A DNA stretch of 64,000 nucleotides from Chrysomallon squamiferum (taxonomy: Eukaryota > Animalia > Mollusca). A program made the translations under genes and the position numbers. The stretch is from contig CM022674.1 of the NCBI GenBank assembly GCA_012295275.1, forward strand, positions 16,988,001-17,052,000, written 5' to 3'. Positions 46,550-64,000 of the stretch are shown here, piece by piece. The notes under the pieces are model-generated. The model ran no database searches and was not told the origin of the DNA. It saw only the letters and a program-made list of their open reading frames with translations. How positions within the stretch are numbered: the first letter of the stretch is position 1; the number at the start of each line of letters is the position of its first letter.

Positions 46550-47620
46550 GCTAGTAATAATAGTAGTAGTACTGGAAATAGTAGGGCTAGTAATAATTGT
46601 AATATTAGTATTGGTACTGGAAAAGTATTTGAAGTAATAATAGGACTGGAAATGAAAGCTAGTAATAATAGCATAAGTTGTGGAACGTGGGCTACTAATA
46701 AATATAGAATGGTAGGCATAGTAATATTTAGTACTAGTAGTAATGAAATAATAAGGCTAAAATAGTAATAATAATTATGAAATAGTAGCTAGTAATAATA
46801 GTGATACTGGAAATAGTAGGGCTACAAAAATATAATAGTAGTATTAAAATAGTAGGGCTAGTAATATAGTAGTAGTAATGGAAATAGTAGGGCTAGTTAA
46901 TAATTGTGTATTGGTAGTGGAAAAAAGTGTTTGAAGCAATAACAGTAGCACTGGAAATAGTAGGGCTAATAGTAAAAGTAGTAATGAAATAGTAGGGCTG
47001 GTAATAATAGTAATAATAGAAATAATAGGGCTAGTAATAATTGTGGAAATAGTACAGCTAGTAATAATTGTAGTAATGGGTAGTAATAATTGTACCATTA
47101 GTATTGGTCCTGGAAAAGCATTGAAGCAATAATAGTAGCACTGAAATGGTAGGGCTAGTAATAATAGTAATAGTAATGGGAATATAAAGTAATATACATG
47201 GAAATAGTGGCTAGTAATAATAGTAATAATAGAAATAATAGGGCTAGTAATAATTGTTGTGGAAATAGTAGGGCTAGTAACAATTGTAGTAATGCTTATA
47301 GTGGGGCTAGTAATAATAGTAAAAATAGTTGTGGAAATAGTAGGGCTAGTAATAATAGTAGTAGTACTGGAAATAGTAGGGCTAGTAAACATGAATAGTG
47401 TGGAAATAGTAATATAGTAAATGGAAATAGTTAGCTAATAGTAATAATAGTAGTACTGGAAATAGTAGGGTAGTAATAATAGTAATAATAGTTGTGGAAA
47501 TTCTTGGAATCTTGGAGTAATAATAATAGTATTGGAAATAGTAGGCTAGTAATAATAGTAGTAGTACTGGAAATATTAGGGCTAGTAATATTAGTGGTAC
47601 TGAAAAATGCTCTGCTATTA
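46550..47620. repeat. (ggaaatagtagggctagtaataatag..)n minisatellite, same family as the foldback arms
   Basis: Same unit as 24278-24540, followed by the same unique flank (47600-47819 matches 24536-24715). Confidence 0.88.
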
Positions 47621-47819
47621 GACACGTGAAATAAATAATAATAAATTTTGTTTTATTTTATTTTAAATTTTATTAAAGCAAAAGCTGAAAATACAAAACA
47701 GTCTTGCGAAATTGGGAAACCACATGACAATGTTTATAATAATACAAAACCAGATAAATTTTGTGTTACATAATCATTTGTTTTTCATCTCTGAACACAA
47801 ACTAACAGTTTTATGGATC

Positions 47820-48360
47820 ACCATAGTTGTTTACCTTTTCTTGCAACTTCCACCTTATTACCTTATAACAAAGATTTGATGGTGTCCATAGTTGGTTGAT
47901 AAATGTTACATTCATCAACAAGAATAATCTTTTATATTCACGCAGGACTGAAACCAAATGAGCATCTTTACGTGCACGTCCAACTGCAGATGATTGTAAA
48001 ATCGTGAATGGTTCAATCATCCAATACGATTTACCTGTAAATGTGGATTCTCCAATCAAGCAGACACAGTAACGGCCAGTATCATGTTTTCGAAGAATGG
48101 ATACTATTTTTCGTGCATTGGACTTTGATACCACCAATTTGAGCATGACAACACCAATAAAAATAAAAATCCATCATGCTTTCTTCAGGTTCCAAATCTA
48201 AATCATTTGGAGGTTCCCATGTTCTCAAATAGTCAATAATGGACACTTTGATCAACTTTAGAATTCACAATCAAGTTGTGACTTGAAACCTCTCAAATGA
48301 AATCTCACTCATGATAAAGTGAATCCACCAAGTGGTTGATTTTCTCCAGGTATTGTACTA
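47820..48360 (-). mobile_element. Degraded SF3 helicase, parvovirus NS1-like (candidate endogenous viral element)
   Basis: Walker A CVCLIGESTFTGKSYW, then FQSCVN, Walker B KIILVDEC and B' motif KSLL*GNKVEVARKGK, in correct order and spacing across frameshifts; no introns. Confidence 0.72.
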
Positions 48361-48597
48361 TTTCATTTGTTGTTTGTTCCAATTTCTAACCCAAGTAATT
48401 AATTGTTCTTACTGGTTCTGTTTTTCTATTTCTGATTTTATTTTATATATTTTTTCTTTTTCTTTCTTTTCTCTTCTTCTTTTCTATTATTATTAGTAGT
48501 ACTAGTAGCAGTAGAAAGAAATGTAGTAGTAGTAGTAATAGAATTTATTGGTAGTATATTTATTATGATTATTATTATTACAATACAATACATTTAC

Positions 48598-52443
<3,846 letters not shown>

Positions 52444-53609
52444 TTACTAAAATCAGGTCATAAGCTGAATTAGGTCAGGTCGTCTTGTCAATAATTACGC
52501 TTCTTGAAATTTATTGGTTAACGTATTTTTAAAAATGACCGGCCGAATATGCAATAAACCACGCCCAATATCATTGTTATTTTAAATACGTGCTCTTAAT
52601 CCTTGGCTAGAAGCAAGTGTAAATACTTCAAATAGGATTAAAGATATTTTCTACTGATTAACTGTAGTTATGTAATTTAAATGTAATAATGCCACAGAGA
52701 CAGCAGCACTCAAAAATTAAGCTAAATGTTGTTTTTTTGGGGGGTTCTTTTTTTTTTAATTTTATGCGGATGGTTGATAAAGGGAAGCAACCAGTAAAGT
52801 GACTATAATGAAAGCTGTTGCTGTTAAATCCCTTTGACATACGGATTGCGCTGCCAGTATAATAATTTTATATTTTTCTATTTCATTTTCTTTTTTTGTT
52901 AGTTTTATTTAGTTAACAGATTGGAATTATATTTATTAGTTGTTTTGTTTTTGTTTTTTTCTTTATTTGAGGTGTTGATTATGGTGTTTTGTGTGTGCGT
53001 GCGTGTGTGTGTGTGTGCGTGTGTTTTCCTTTGTCATAAAAAAAGATCGAACGAATATTAAGAAGAAAAAAAAGAAGAAATAGCATTTAAAATGATCAGC
53101 ATCTCATTAGGCCTATACATTTCTTTTTGTTTTATTTTATTTTATTTTCATTGTATAGTTTAATTTTAATGTAGTTATGTGTGAAAATACAAGTTTTCTC
53201 ATTAAGCAATATCCAAACAGATTTGAAACAGTAATAACCCCAAGCACAGCGACAGGGAACGATCACCCAACCTTCAGCACGATATACTCTTAATTTTCAG
53301 ATGTCACTTTTATTTCAATAGATCACGTGACCAAGGACAGCGACACGTGTTTAAAGTGGCCTGTTCATAGTGTTTTCCGTAATGGACATGTAGATCGATT
53401 GGTATTAACTCCAGATGCTCTGCGCAATAAATATTAAAATCCAGTTTAACACGTGCACAAATGTTAATGCGACATTAGAGCAAAAACAATAGCGCTAAAT
53501 TCATTTGTTTGTTTGTTTTTTTGTTTATTGTTATTTGTTTTTGTTTATATTTGTGTTTTTTGTTCTTTTTCGAGTTTTCTTTTTTGTTTTGTTTTGTTAT
53601 TTATTTCCC

Positions 53610-53640
<31 letters not shown>

Positions 53641-54661
53641 TTGTCTTTTTTTACTTTTTTTTATTTTTTGTGTCTAGAATGACACTGTATTATTCATCCG
53701 GAGACGATATGACAGGAAGATACTGAATATCAGAAAGGTTTCTAGCTACAAACAACACCAGAAAATATAGGAATTACAATGAAACCTTTTTTCGAATGAA
53801 AGTTCATCTACATGTTATTAAAAATGTGTAAGCACTGAGTGAAGCCCAACAACATGTTAGTTCCAGAAGCGAGATATCTAAGTGAAGCGTGCATACAACC
53901 CATTCTTAAACTGACACCCTGCAGTCTTCATTAACTGCGCAAATACAATTTTCTGTCTATTTATAGATGCCACAATGGATGTTTTGGCCTTCTGTTCCTT
54001 TCAAATATTTAATAATCGACAATGAAGTAAACCAAACACGTTTATTTAAATAAGTTATGTTACAGAAACAATGACATTTATTATATTAATGTTGGTATTT
54101 CCCTGTCTATAAATAGCACGAACCGTAATTCTGGACGAACTTATCTGCAACGGTTCAGTGTGTAAGCCAGTGTATTTGATGTATTGAATTTGTAGAGAGA
54201 CAGAATGTATTCCCTAGCGAAATCCTCTGCTTAAATATGTTGTGTTTGTGTCTGTTGTTATCTGTTTATACCTAGTATGTCTGCATAATTAATGTGTATA
54301 TAATATTGTTATAATGTTTGAATGTATCTGCGTGTCTTTGTATATTCATTTGTATGTGTACGTGTGTGTGTGCGTGTGTGCTTGTGTCTCTGTGTGTGTT
54401 TCACGTCGGTTTTTAAATGACACAAAAGACAGAAAGGTAAAAGGCAATTTTACTAAACAAGAGATAACAAAATATTTTTTGAAAAACCTGATCCACGATA
54501 CTTCACAACAATATATGCAACATAACAATACATGACTTATCAACCCTCACAGTCTCTTAAATAGTGTTATGAGCGTAGGTGTGTAGATGTGTATGTATAT
54601 GTATGTGTATGTGTTTTTGGGGTGTGTTGGTGTGTGTGTATGGAAAACCTATATATATATA

Positions 54662-55590
54662 TGTTATAGAGATTATGTGAAAGAAGTCATGTGGTCTATT
54701 GCCTGAAATGTTTAGGTTTAGCCTAACTCCCAAGACCGTCAGACATTTGGCCTAATGTCTAAGATTTCCAATAAATAGGCCAAACTACTGAAATAGACCT
54801 CAAGTCATTAGGCAAAATGACTGAATGAAAAATAACGACTTACAACTGGATGAAGAGGTTTATTTCGTAACTCATATAGTAGTGTTCTATTTATTACAGC
54901 AGTTCAAACGTTTGTTCTCGAAACATACACGTTTTGTTTGACACCTCTTTTTTCCTCTATAGTTGCATTTCACAAACCTTTGTCCTCCTGCGTAACTCCT
55001 TTGACACTGCTGGTCTAAAAGCATTTTGACACATCATACAACAAAAGCAGTCTCTGGGAACACACATCAGACTGGTTCCTGGTAGACTGTTCATTGTCAT
55101 CAGTATCTACAATCACACCCAGCAGGCTCCTGGGGTCACCACGGCCCCTGTCCACAGCTGGAACAGGCACTGCCACGTTGTCTCTCTCTCCTTCTTCTCC
55201 GGCAGACAACACAACGCGACTGCGTTTGATCATCCGCTCGTCTTGCTGAAACTGTTCATCTTCGGCGAATGTTTGCGTAGAGCTGACGTCGACACAGGAA
55301 CTCACAGGAACCGCAGCTGGTCAGACCTGGCGTCTTCATCTGTTTGGCGTTTCTTGCCCAGTTTTTGCGCGTCTGCGCACTGAAGAATTCCAAACGTCGA
55401 CATGAAGTAGTAAGTACTCGTTGTGGGTTTTTCCTGTGGTAAGCAGATATCTTCTTTAGCTGGTCCATAATCAAGAAGTACTCATCCTTTAGAATGTACA
55501 CTCGCCTACATAACTCATACTTCTTAATCAGTCTCTCTTAAAGCGGACTTCCAAAATAACCACCGTGATGGAAAAATAAGTGATCTGAAT
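54662..55590 (-). mobile_element. Ginger/KRBA2-like remnant carried in the third FReD unit
   Basis: Reverse-complement homologue of 4050-5001 (VPVPAVDRGRGDPRSLLGVIV). Confidence 0.65.
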
Positions 55591-55630
55591 GCAATGAGGA
55601 ACTACTGAATTTTATAGCACCTATTACCAC

Positions 55631-55666
<36 letters not shown>

Positions 55667-55787
55667 CACACACACAAACACACGCATGCATATGCATACA
55701 TACATACTAACAATACATACACACGTAGTTATCTGTATTGTTTTTAATCACCGTTACAAACATCCTAAGGGATTAAGTAAAACATCT

Positions 55788-56625
55788 TTGTTTTGTTTTC
55801 AAAGATAAAACGTTATTTAAAATATCATAGTGGGGATAAACGCCTCGCTTGGACATGCTATAAGCAAATTAAAATAAAATACATTTAACAATAGCAACCA
55901 AAGTTATAAAGCTAAAGTCGTCAAGTTACAATCCATCCAATCTAACAACAGACATATGATTAATTAAAATACATAAATACATTAATACATAATGATATGA
56001 GCCGCCTCCAATTAATGGGTATGCGCCGATTAAGGACCGCTGTAGACAAAAGATGTCTTTTCCCGAGTAAATTGATTACGGCAATAATCTTGACAACAAC
56101 TAAAATAACTAAATACATTAATACGTAACGATTTGAGCCGAGTGCTATAAAATAACGCACAGACCAGTGTCCAGTTGCGACGGACACGTCCGCTGAGTGC
56201 TATAAAATAACTGATTAGCACGTTAATTTTTTTCCATTTTTCCACAGACCAGTGTCCAGTTACAACGCACTTGGCTGTCCAGCACTAAACACTTCGGAAC
56301 TCGGCTCATCTCACTTTCATTTTTATATTTAGACTGGACCCCATTGCTCCCAGACTGCATTCCCCAAAGTATTTATATAGCAAAATGCCCACAGTTAAAA
56401 TCACCAAAGACAAAAATAAACACGGTTATAATATTCATGAGTTTTTGCATAAACTAGATTTTGTGTTTATAATCAACCATTTATATGTTTGTGTGTTTGT
56501 ATTTATGATTATTAGTTGTATTAGTAGTAGTCATAGTCCTAGTCGTAGTATTAGTAGTAGTAGTAGTAATTTTAGTAGTATTTGATTGTTCGTTTTATTT
56601 TTATTTATTTATAATTATGTTGACG
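55788..56625. other. ~840-bp insertion specific to the third FReD unit, at a (TA)n site
   Basis: Flanks align to both sides of the (TA)n tract at ~3762-3788; contains direct repeats gagtgctataaaataac and cacagaccagtgtccagtt. Confidence 0.65.
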
Positions 56626-58009
56626 CATATATATATTGAAAAAAAATGAATTAATAAATAAATAAAACAGGCAAAAATTTAAATAATTCAACAAATAATC
56701 AGATGACCACGCAAACAAACAAACTGAAATAAAGAATGAAAATGTTTTCCTTTTATTACAGAGATAACACGAATTCTTTTCAAATCTACAGAGAACACTG
56801 GTAGAAGTTTCAGGAATTTTTCCTCCACAAAATACATTTTTATATCAGCAGTGAGGATCATTTTACAAACTATTTTATACTGTACAACACATACTATAAT
56901 TTTTATATAAAGTCAGCACTAACAAACACGAATGTGATAAAGACAAACTCGATAAAGCTGGGATCGATCCTTATAATCTACCGGTATCAACAGAAAGTTT
57001 CAAATACCAGTAATAGTTCTCGTTTTTATATTATCATAAATTTATCTTTATCCAGAACACGAATTAAAATAAAATAATTCAGCAACATTTGCTTACATAA
57101 ATTTAAATTTATCAACTCTTTCCAAAGAAAACAATTATAAAACTAAATTTAACAAGTGTTATAAATTTACATTTAGCAATTGTTTCAAAATTATATGAAA
57201 TAAATGCTAAAAGAAATAAACAGTTCAGATATTTTCTTTCTGGTTTATTTTTGTGGGTTTCTTTTAAATGGCATTGTTTTCAGTATTTTGATTAAACAAA
57301 ACATTCCTGTAAATTGGAATAGTGTTTCGTTTTTTATTTTTATTTCATTTCTCAAGTTAATAGTTTAGGCTAGCACTACTGTCTCGTTTCAACTAATAAA
57401 ACTGTTTTAATTAAAAAAAGACGACTGTAGAGTTTTCCTTACAGTTTTAGTTCAAAACAGAAGTTGTTGGAATTTTCATCACAGTTTTAATTCAAATCCT
57501 AAGATACTCGAATTTTCTTTACAGTTTTACTTCAAAACAGAAGATACTCGAATTTTCGTCTCTCTTTTAGTTAGAAGGTGAAGATGAATGAATTTCCACT
57601 ATAATTTTTGTTCAGAAAAGCAAATGGTGGAATTTTTAGTACAGTTTTAATTCAAAACAGATATAGGTCGAGTTGTTATAACAGTTTTCCTTCAAAAATT
57701 GAAGGTGGTCGAATTTTCTTTAGAGATTTAGTCCAAAACAGGAGATTGTGAAATTTTCTTTACATTTTTAGTTCAAAACAGAAGACGGTCATTTTTGTTA
57801 TTACAGATATAACTTTAGACAAAAGACACACAAATTTTCCTAAGACTGTTTGTTCAAAACAGAAGACGGTCATTTTTGTTATTACAGATATAACTTTAGA
57901 CAAAAGACACACAAATTTTCCTAAGACTGTTTGTTCAAAACAGAAGATAGTCGAATTTTCACTACAGTTTCAATTTATAACAGAAGATGTTCAAATTCTC
58001 AATCCTGAT

Positions 58010-59545
<1,536 letters not shown>

Positions 59546-59605
59546 CTAGGTCCCATGTCTGCTTATTGAGAGTAACAAAAAATAATCAATAAACAATAAT
59601 AATAA

Positions 59606-59853
<248 letters not shown>

Positions 59854-59971
59854 ACTAGTAGAAATCAGTTTTTTGTCATTTCTTTTTTTCTTGTGGGTTA
59901 AATCAGATGGCATCAGCCATCCTATCATCAAGTTCAAACTTTTCCCAAGAGTTCTTTTCAATGTCGTATAC

Positions 59972-60829
59972 GTACCACGCCTTCCTCACATCCTCGCAAA
60001 TGAAAGCAAACAAGGCTGATATCTCTACAGTAATAATGAAACAACATCAACGACAAAAACAACAACACACTTAATAAAATAATTATAATAATAATAATAA
60101 TATCAACAACAACAACAACAACAACAATAATAATAATAATTATTATTATTATAATTATAATAATAATAATAATAATTATTATTATTATAATTATAATAAT
60201 AATAATAATAATAATAATATACCGCTACAAGCAATAATATTAATATTACAGATAGTACTTCATTCCTTATATTTCTATAAAACTACTACTGCAACTCTAC
60301 TATAATACTGTTTCAACTATCACAATCACTACTACTAGTGCTGCTACTTCTACTACATTTAATACTATCACCTTGTTTCAGAGATAATCAAGCTAAATTG
60401 CGTAATTTCGACGTTAATAATGAAATATTAACGGAATATATATATATTTATTTATTCAGATATAGACAGACAGATAGACAGACAAACAAACAGACAGATA
60501 TTTACCCTGATGTATGTAGTAAGTAGAAATATTACTCAGTACTGGCGCATTGCAGTCTCCAGTAACAACTTCACTGTAAACAAATCATTTGGCAGATGAC
60601 TTTTCAAACCTGAACGTTTTGCATCTGGGTTCAAGGTCACACTTCGCGGCACACACCAATTTATTCCTAGCTTTGTTGTCAGACATCAAATACCTTTCAG
60701 AAAGTAGGATTCCCGTTAGATTGGCATTTGTTGTCGTGTTTTAACTCACGGAATCACTGTTTACGAAAACTTAAGCGTCAATTATAATGTTGTCAAGTAT
60801 GGACTTAGAAGAAATTAGAAAAAAAACAT
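59972..60829 (-). pseudogene. Divergent PAN/apple-domain exon with stops, plus a following small exon
   Basis: ~60829-60506: ARNKLVCAAKCDLEPRCKTFRFEKSSAK*FVYS (TGA at the last Cys position, TAA at 60743-60741), phase-1 donor; the next acceptor at 60024 gives EISALFAFICEDVRKAWY. Confidence 0.65.
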
Positions 60830-61496
60830 CCAGATATTTTGAACGGCTTCTTCTTGTCTCTCGTGATAAAGGTTCCCTTGTTACATTTAAAACTTCTTTT
60901 TTTTTTCCGATGTACATATCTAGCCTACTTCTTTAGAAATAAAATATTGGTAATAAAGATTAAAAATATAACTGATTTTCTTATCAGTGTATTTAATTAA
61001 CTGTTACGGTCCGTTTCAAAGGCGGATCGATTTTTTTAGAACTGGTGAAGTTTCAGTTGAAAAAAAAAAAAATCAGGGTGTTTGCTAAAGTAGAAAATGC
61101 TGGGCAATATTTTATAAGCACATAAGCAAAGATAGATTCTGGTTACCGCCCATTCTGAATTACATTTGGTTGAACAAGACCAGGTTGTGTGTAACAGACT
61201 ATATCTATCAGCTAACATAAACTAGTATGCTCAGCTCCTAAATACCTGACATATCTTTCCTATCTGCTGGTTGTCAGTTTCGCCTTCCTCCATCATACTT
61301 GTTTTATGTCCACATCGATTCCAGGAATTACAGAAATACACAATTCATGCTTGACCTGCTACACTTCTTTATGAATTCTTGGTCGATCGGAGCGGTTGAG
61401 AGAACATAATATATTGTTTACTCTTATGAAATAATATCATAACTTAAAACAATCATTTTTCAGTTCTATCCAAAAAGTTAAAACTGGATTTGATAA

Positions 61497-62503
61497 AGGG
61501 TTCGGGTTAGAGTTAGAGTTAGGATTGTTTAAATTTTATTATAAATGTTATGATAAACTGCAAAATAATTTAAGTGTCACGATTGGAAGTAGCGTTAGGG
61601 TAAGATTTAAAGTTGAGGTCCTTGGTAGGATTAGGTTTAGAAGTTGAGCTAGGGATAGAGTTAGGGTTAGGGTTAAGGTTAGGTTTAAGGTTAGGGTTAG
61701 GATTAGGGTTAGGGTTAGGGTTAAAGCTAGGGTTATTTATAATTTATTATGATTGTTATGATAAAGTGCAATGTAATTTCAGGTGACGATTGGAAGTAAC
61801 GTTAGAGTAAGAATTAATCTGGCGGACTTAGGTAGGATTAGGTTTAGAAGTTGTCCTATGGTTAGGCTTAGGCTAAGGGTTAACGCTAGGGTTATTTAAA
61901 TTTTGTTATGGGATAGGGTCACGATTAGAAATAGCGTAAGTGTAAGAATTAATATTCCGAACCTCCGTAGCATTAGTTTCGGTAGTTAAGCTAGGGTTAG
62001 GGTTAGGATTAGGGTTAGAGGTAGTTTTATTTAAACTGTATCATTAGTGTTATGACAATGTGCAAGATAATTTGTGGGATACGATTGGAAGTATCGTACG
62101 AATTAATGGTGCGGACCTCTGTAGGAGTAGGTTTAGGAATTGAGCTAGGGATAGGGTTAAGTTTAGGGATAGATTTAGGGTTAGGATTAGAACTAGGATT
62201 ATTAAAACTGTATCATTAATCTTCTGATTATGTGAAAAATAATTTCGGGGTCACGATTCGAATTAGCGTAAGGGTAAGAATTAATGTGGCGGATTTCCCT
62301 TGGATCAAGTTTAGAAATTGAGCTAGGGTTAGAGTTAGAGCTAGGATTATTAAAATATTAACATTAATGTTCTTATAATGTGCAAAATAATTTGGGGTGA
62401 GCATTGGAATTAGCGTAAGGGAAAGAATTAATGTTGCGAATTTCCAGGGGATTAAGTTAGAAACTGACCTAGATTAAGGATTAGGACTAGGTTAAGGTTA
62501 GGG
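61497..62503 (+). repeat. Composite satellite: 6-7 units of ~135-207 bp, each with a variable degenerate (TTAGGG)n tract
   Basis: Anchor gattggaagt-like motif at ~61581, 61788, 61924, 62083, 62256 and 62402, separated by ttaggg/ttagga/ttaagg runs. Confidence 0.85.
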
Positions 62504-62788
62504 ATACAGCATTTGCCACCATCTTTTTCTTTTTCTCTTATTTTCTTTTTTCTTTTTTATTTTTTTTTTTTTTTTTTTTAGCAAATAGCAAAATAACTTT
62601 CTATCTGAAATCTACATTTTTCTTCTTTTATTTCAACACTAAATATCTGAAATCTACATTAGTGTTCTTGTATTTCAAACTAAATTAATTTTACGCTTAC
62701 CGGATCTACCCATTTTTACACACGAGTCCAAAAAATATAGAAAACACTGTCCGTGTTATAATAATAATAATTATTATTATTATTATTG

Positions 62789-62833
<45 letters not shown>

Positions 62834-62861
62834 AAACTACTACTACTACTACTACTAGTAC

Positions 62862-62898
<37 letters not shown>

Positions 62899-63959
62899 TT
62901 AGACAGTTAACTGGCTCATTTACCTACAGAAAACCTAGCCTAAAAAGGCTTCGTAAAAAATAACACAGATAAATAAATGCAAATACCTGAAACTACTTTG
63001 TGTTACTTGTAAATACATAATAGACACTACATTTACTTGTACAGTTAAAATATAGCTCATACATATTCGACCAGAATTACTTAATTATATCTTTTATTGC
63101 AATGGAGCCTATATTTCCCACTTGGTTTAGTGCTGTATCAATTTAAAAATAAAAGAACTAAAGCAAAGTTATGGAATATATAAAAGGAAAAATAGCGAAG
63201 CGATATGATTTATTTTATTTAAACTCGATTGTGATTGTGTTATAGATTTAGAGACAAATTTAATATAAATTACCCGATTTATAAGTTAATTTGTTTTATT
63301 AATCATAATGTTTGTTATTATTGGTATTATTATTAGTATCATCATCATTATTATTTGTCAGTATTATTCTACTAATAATTTTTAACTCGTCAAGAACGAG
63401 AACTTTGCTATTACACCAAATGTGTCTGTGAGACTTACCTCCCTTATACGATGTTGAAGCCCTTAAACGTAGTAGTTTGATAAAAAAGAACCACAAAGTT
63501 TCAGAGATCGAAACCGCCTGCTTGAAGGTATTCCCCATTGCTGATAAATGAACACATTATTAATCAATTAATATATTAAGAATACTTCAGAAAATTTTTT
63601 TGTTTTATGATTCTATTGACCACACTATCTTATACAGATCAGGTACTATAATTATATAAACAGTGAGCGAATAACAACATTGGATGAAAGAAAGGACAAA
63701 AAGACAAATATAAAACGAACTTAATGAAATTAATGAAATGTCAGACACAATTTTCTTTCTAAACTATTGGTTTTATTATTATTCTGAATCCATATTTTTA
63801 CGATCATCATCATCATAATCATCATCATTATTATTTTATTACGGAACAGGTGAACTGTTCTTCTGATTTATTTTGCTGACTGATCTCACCAGACGATAAA
63901 ATCACGGCAAGAAAAATCTGCCCTGTTACACGCATATCTTATTATTATTATTATTATTA

Positions 63960-64000
<41 letters not shown>

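Noticed and set aside
61600-61740. True telomere or chromosome end
   Set aside because: Degenerate, interrupted by unique spacers and followed by ordinary sequence.
63439-63540. Isolated minus-strand exon, faintly like a CUB-domain C-terminus
   Set aside because: Resemblance needs frameshifts and no neighbouring exons are visible in the window.

Overview
AT-rich, microsatellite-dense animal genomic DNA, probably invertebrate (molluscan-like), with two 200-N scaffold gaps. It is a rearranged cluster of innate-immune or recognition genes, many of them decayed. (1) Secreted PAN/apple + fibrinogen-C (FReD) gene family: two complete 5-exon copies arranged tail-to-tail (12-2470 +, 8550-11023 -), a 5'-truncated copy (58010-59518 -) and a pseudogene fragment (46039-46398 -). 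(2) Exons that splice in consistent phase into an unusual receptor kinase: signal peptide, mannose-6-phosphate-receptor-homology (MRH) ectodomain, TM helix, TKL/TK-like kinase. It is disabled here and its blocks are out of order (48.6-52.4 kb, 44.2-45.8 kb, 28.5-30.7 kb, all - strand). (3) Fragments of SRCR, YWTD-like, C-type-lectin-like/tyrosine-motif receptor and PAN genes, and a secreted precursor exon with dibasic sites. (4) A degraded parvovirus-like SF3 helicase (candidate endogenous viral element), Ginger/KRBA2-like transposon remnants, a LINE RT remnant, a tRNA-SINE head, a foldback element with tRNA-like arms, segmental duplications, exon-edge-seeded minisatellites and a TTAGGG-containing satellite. 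All calls come from manual reading and translation; no database search was run. Coordinates of repeats and mobile elements are approximate.
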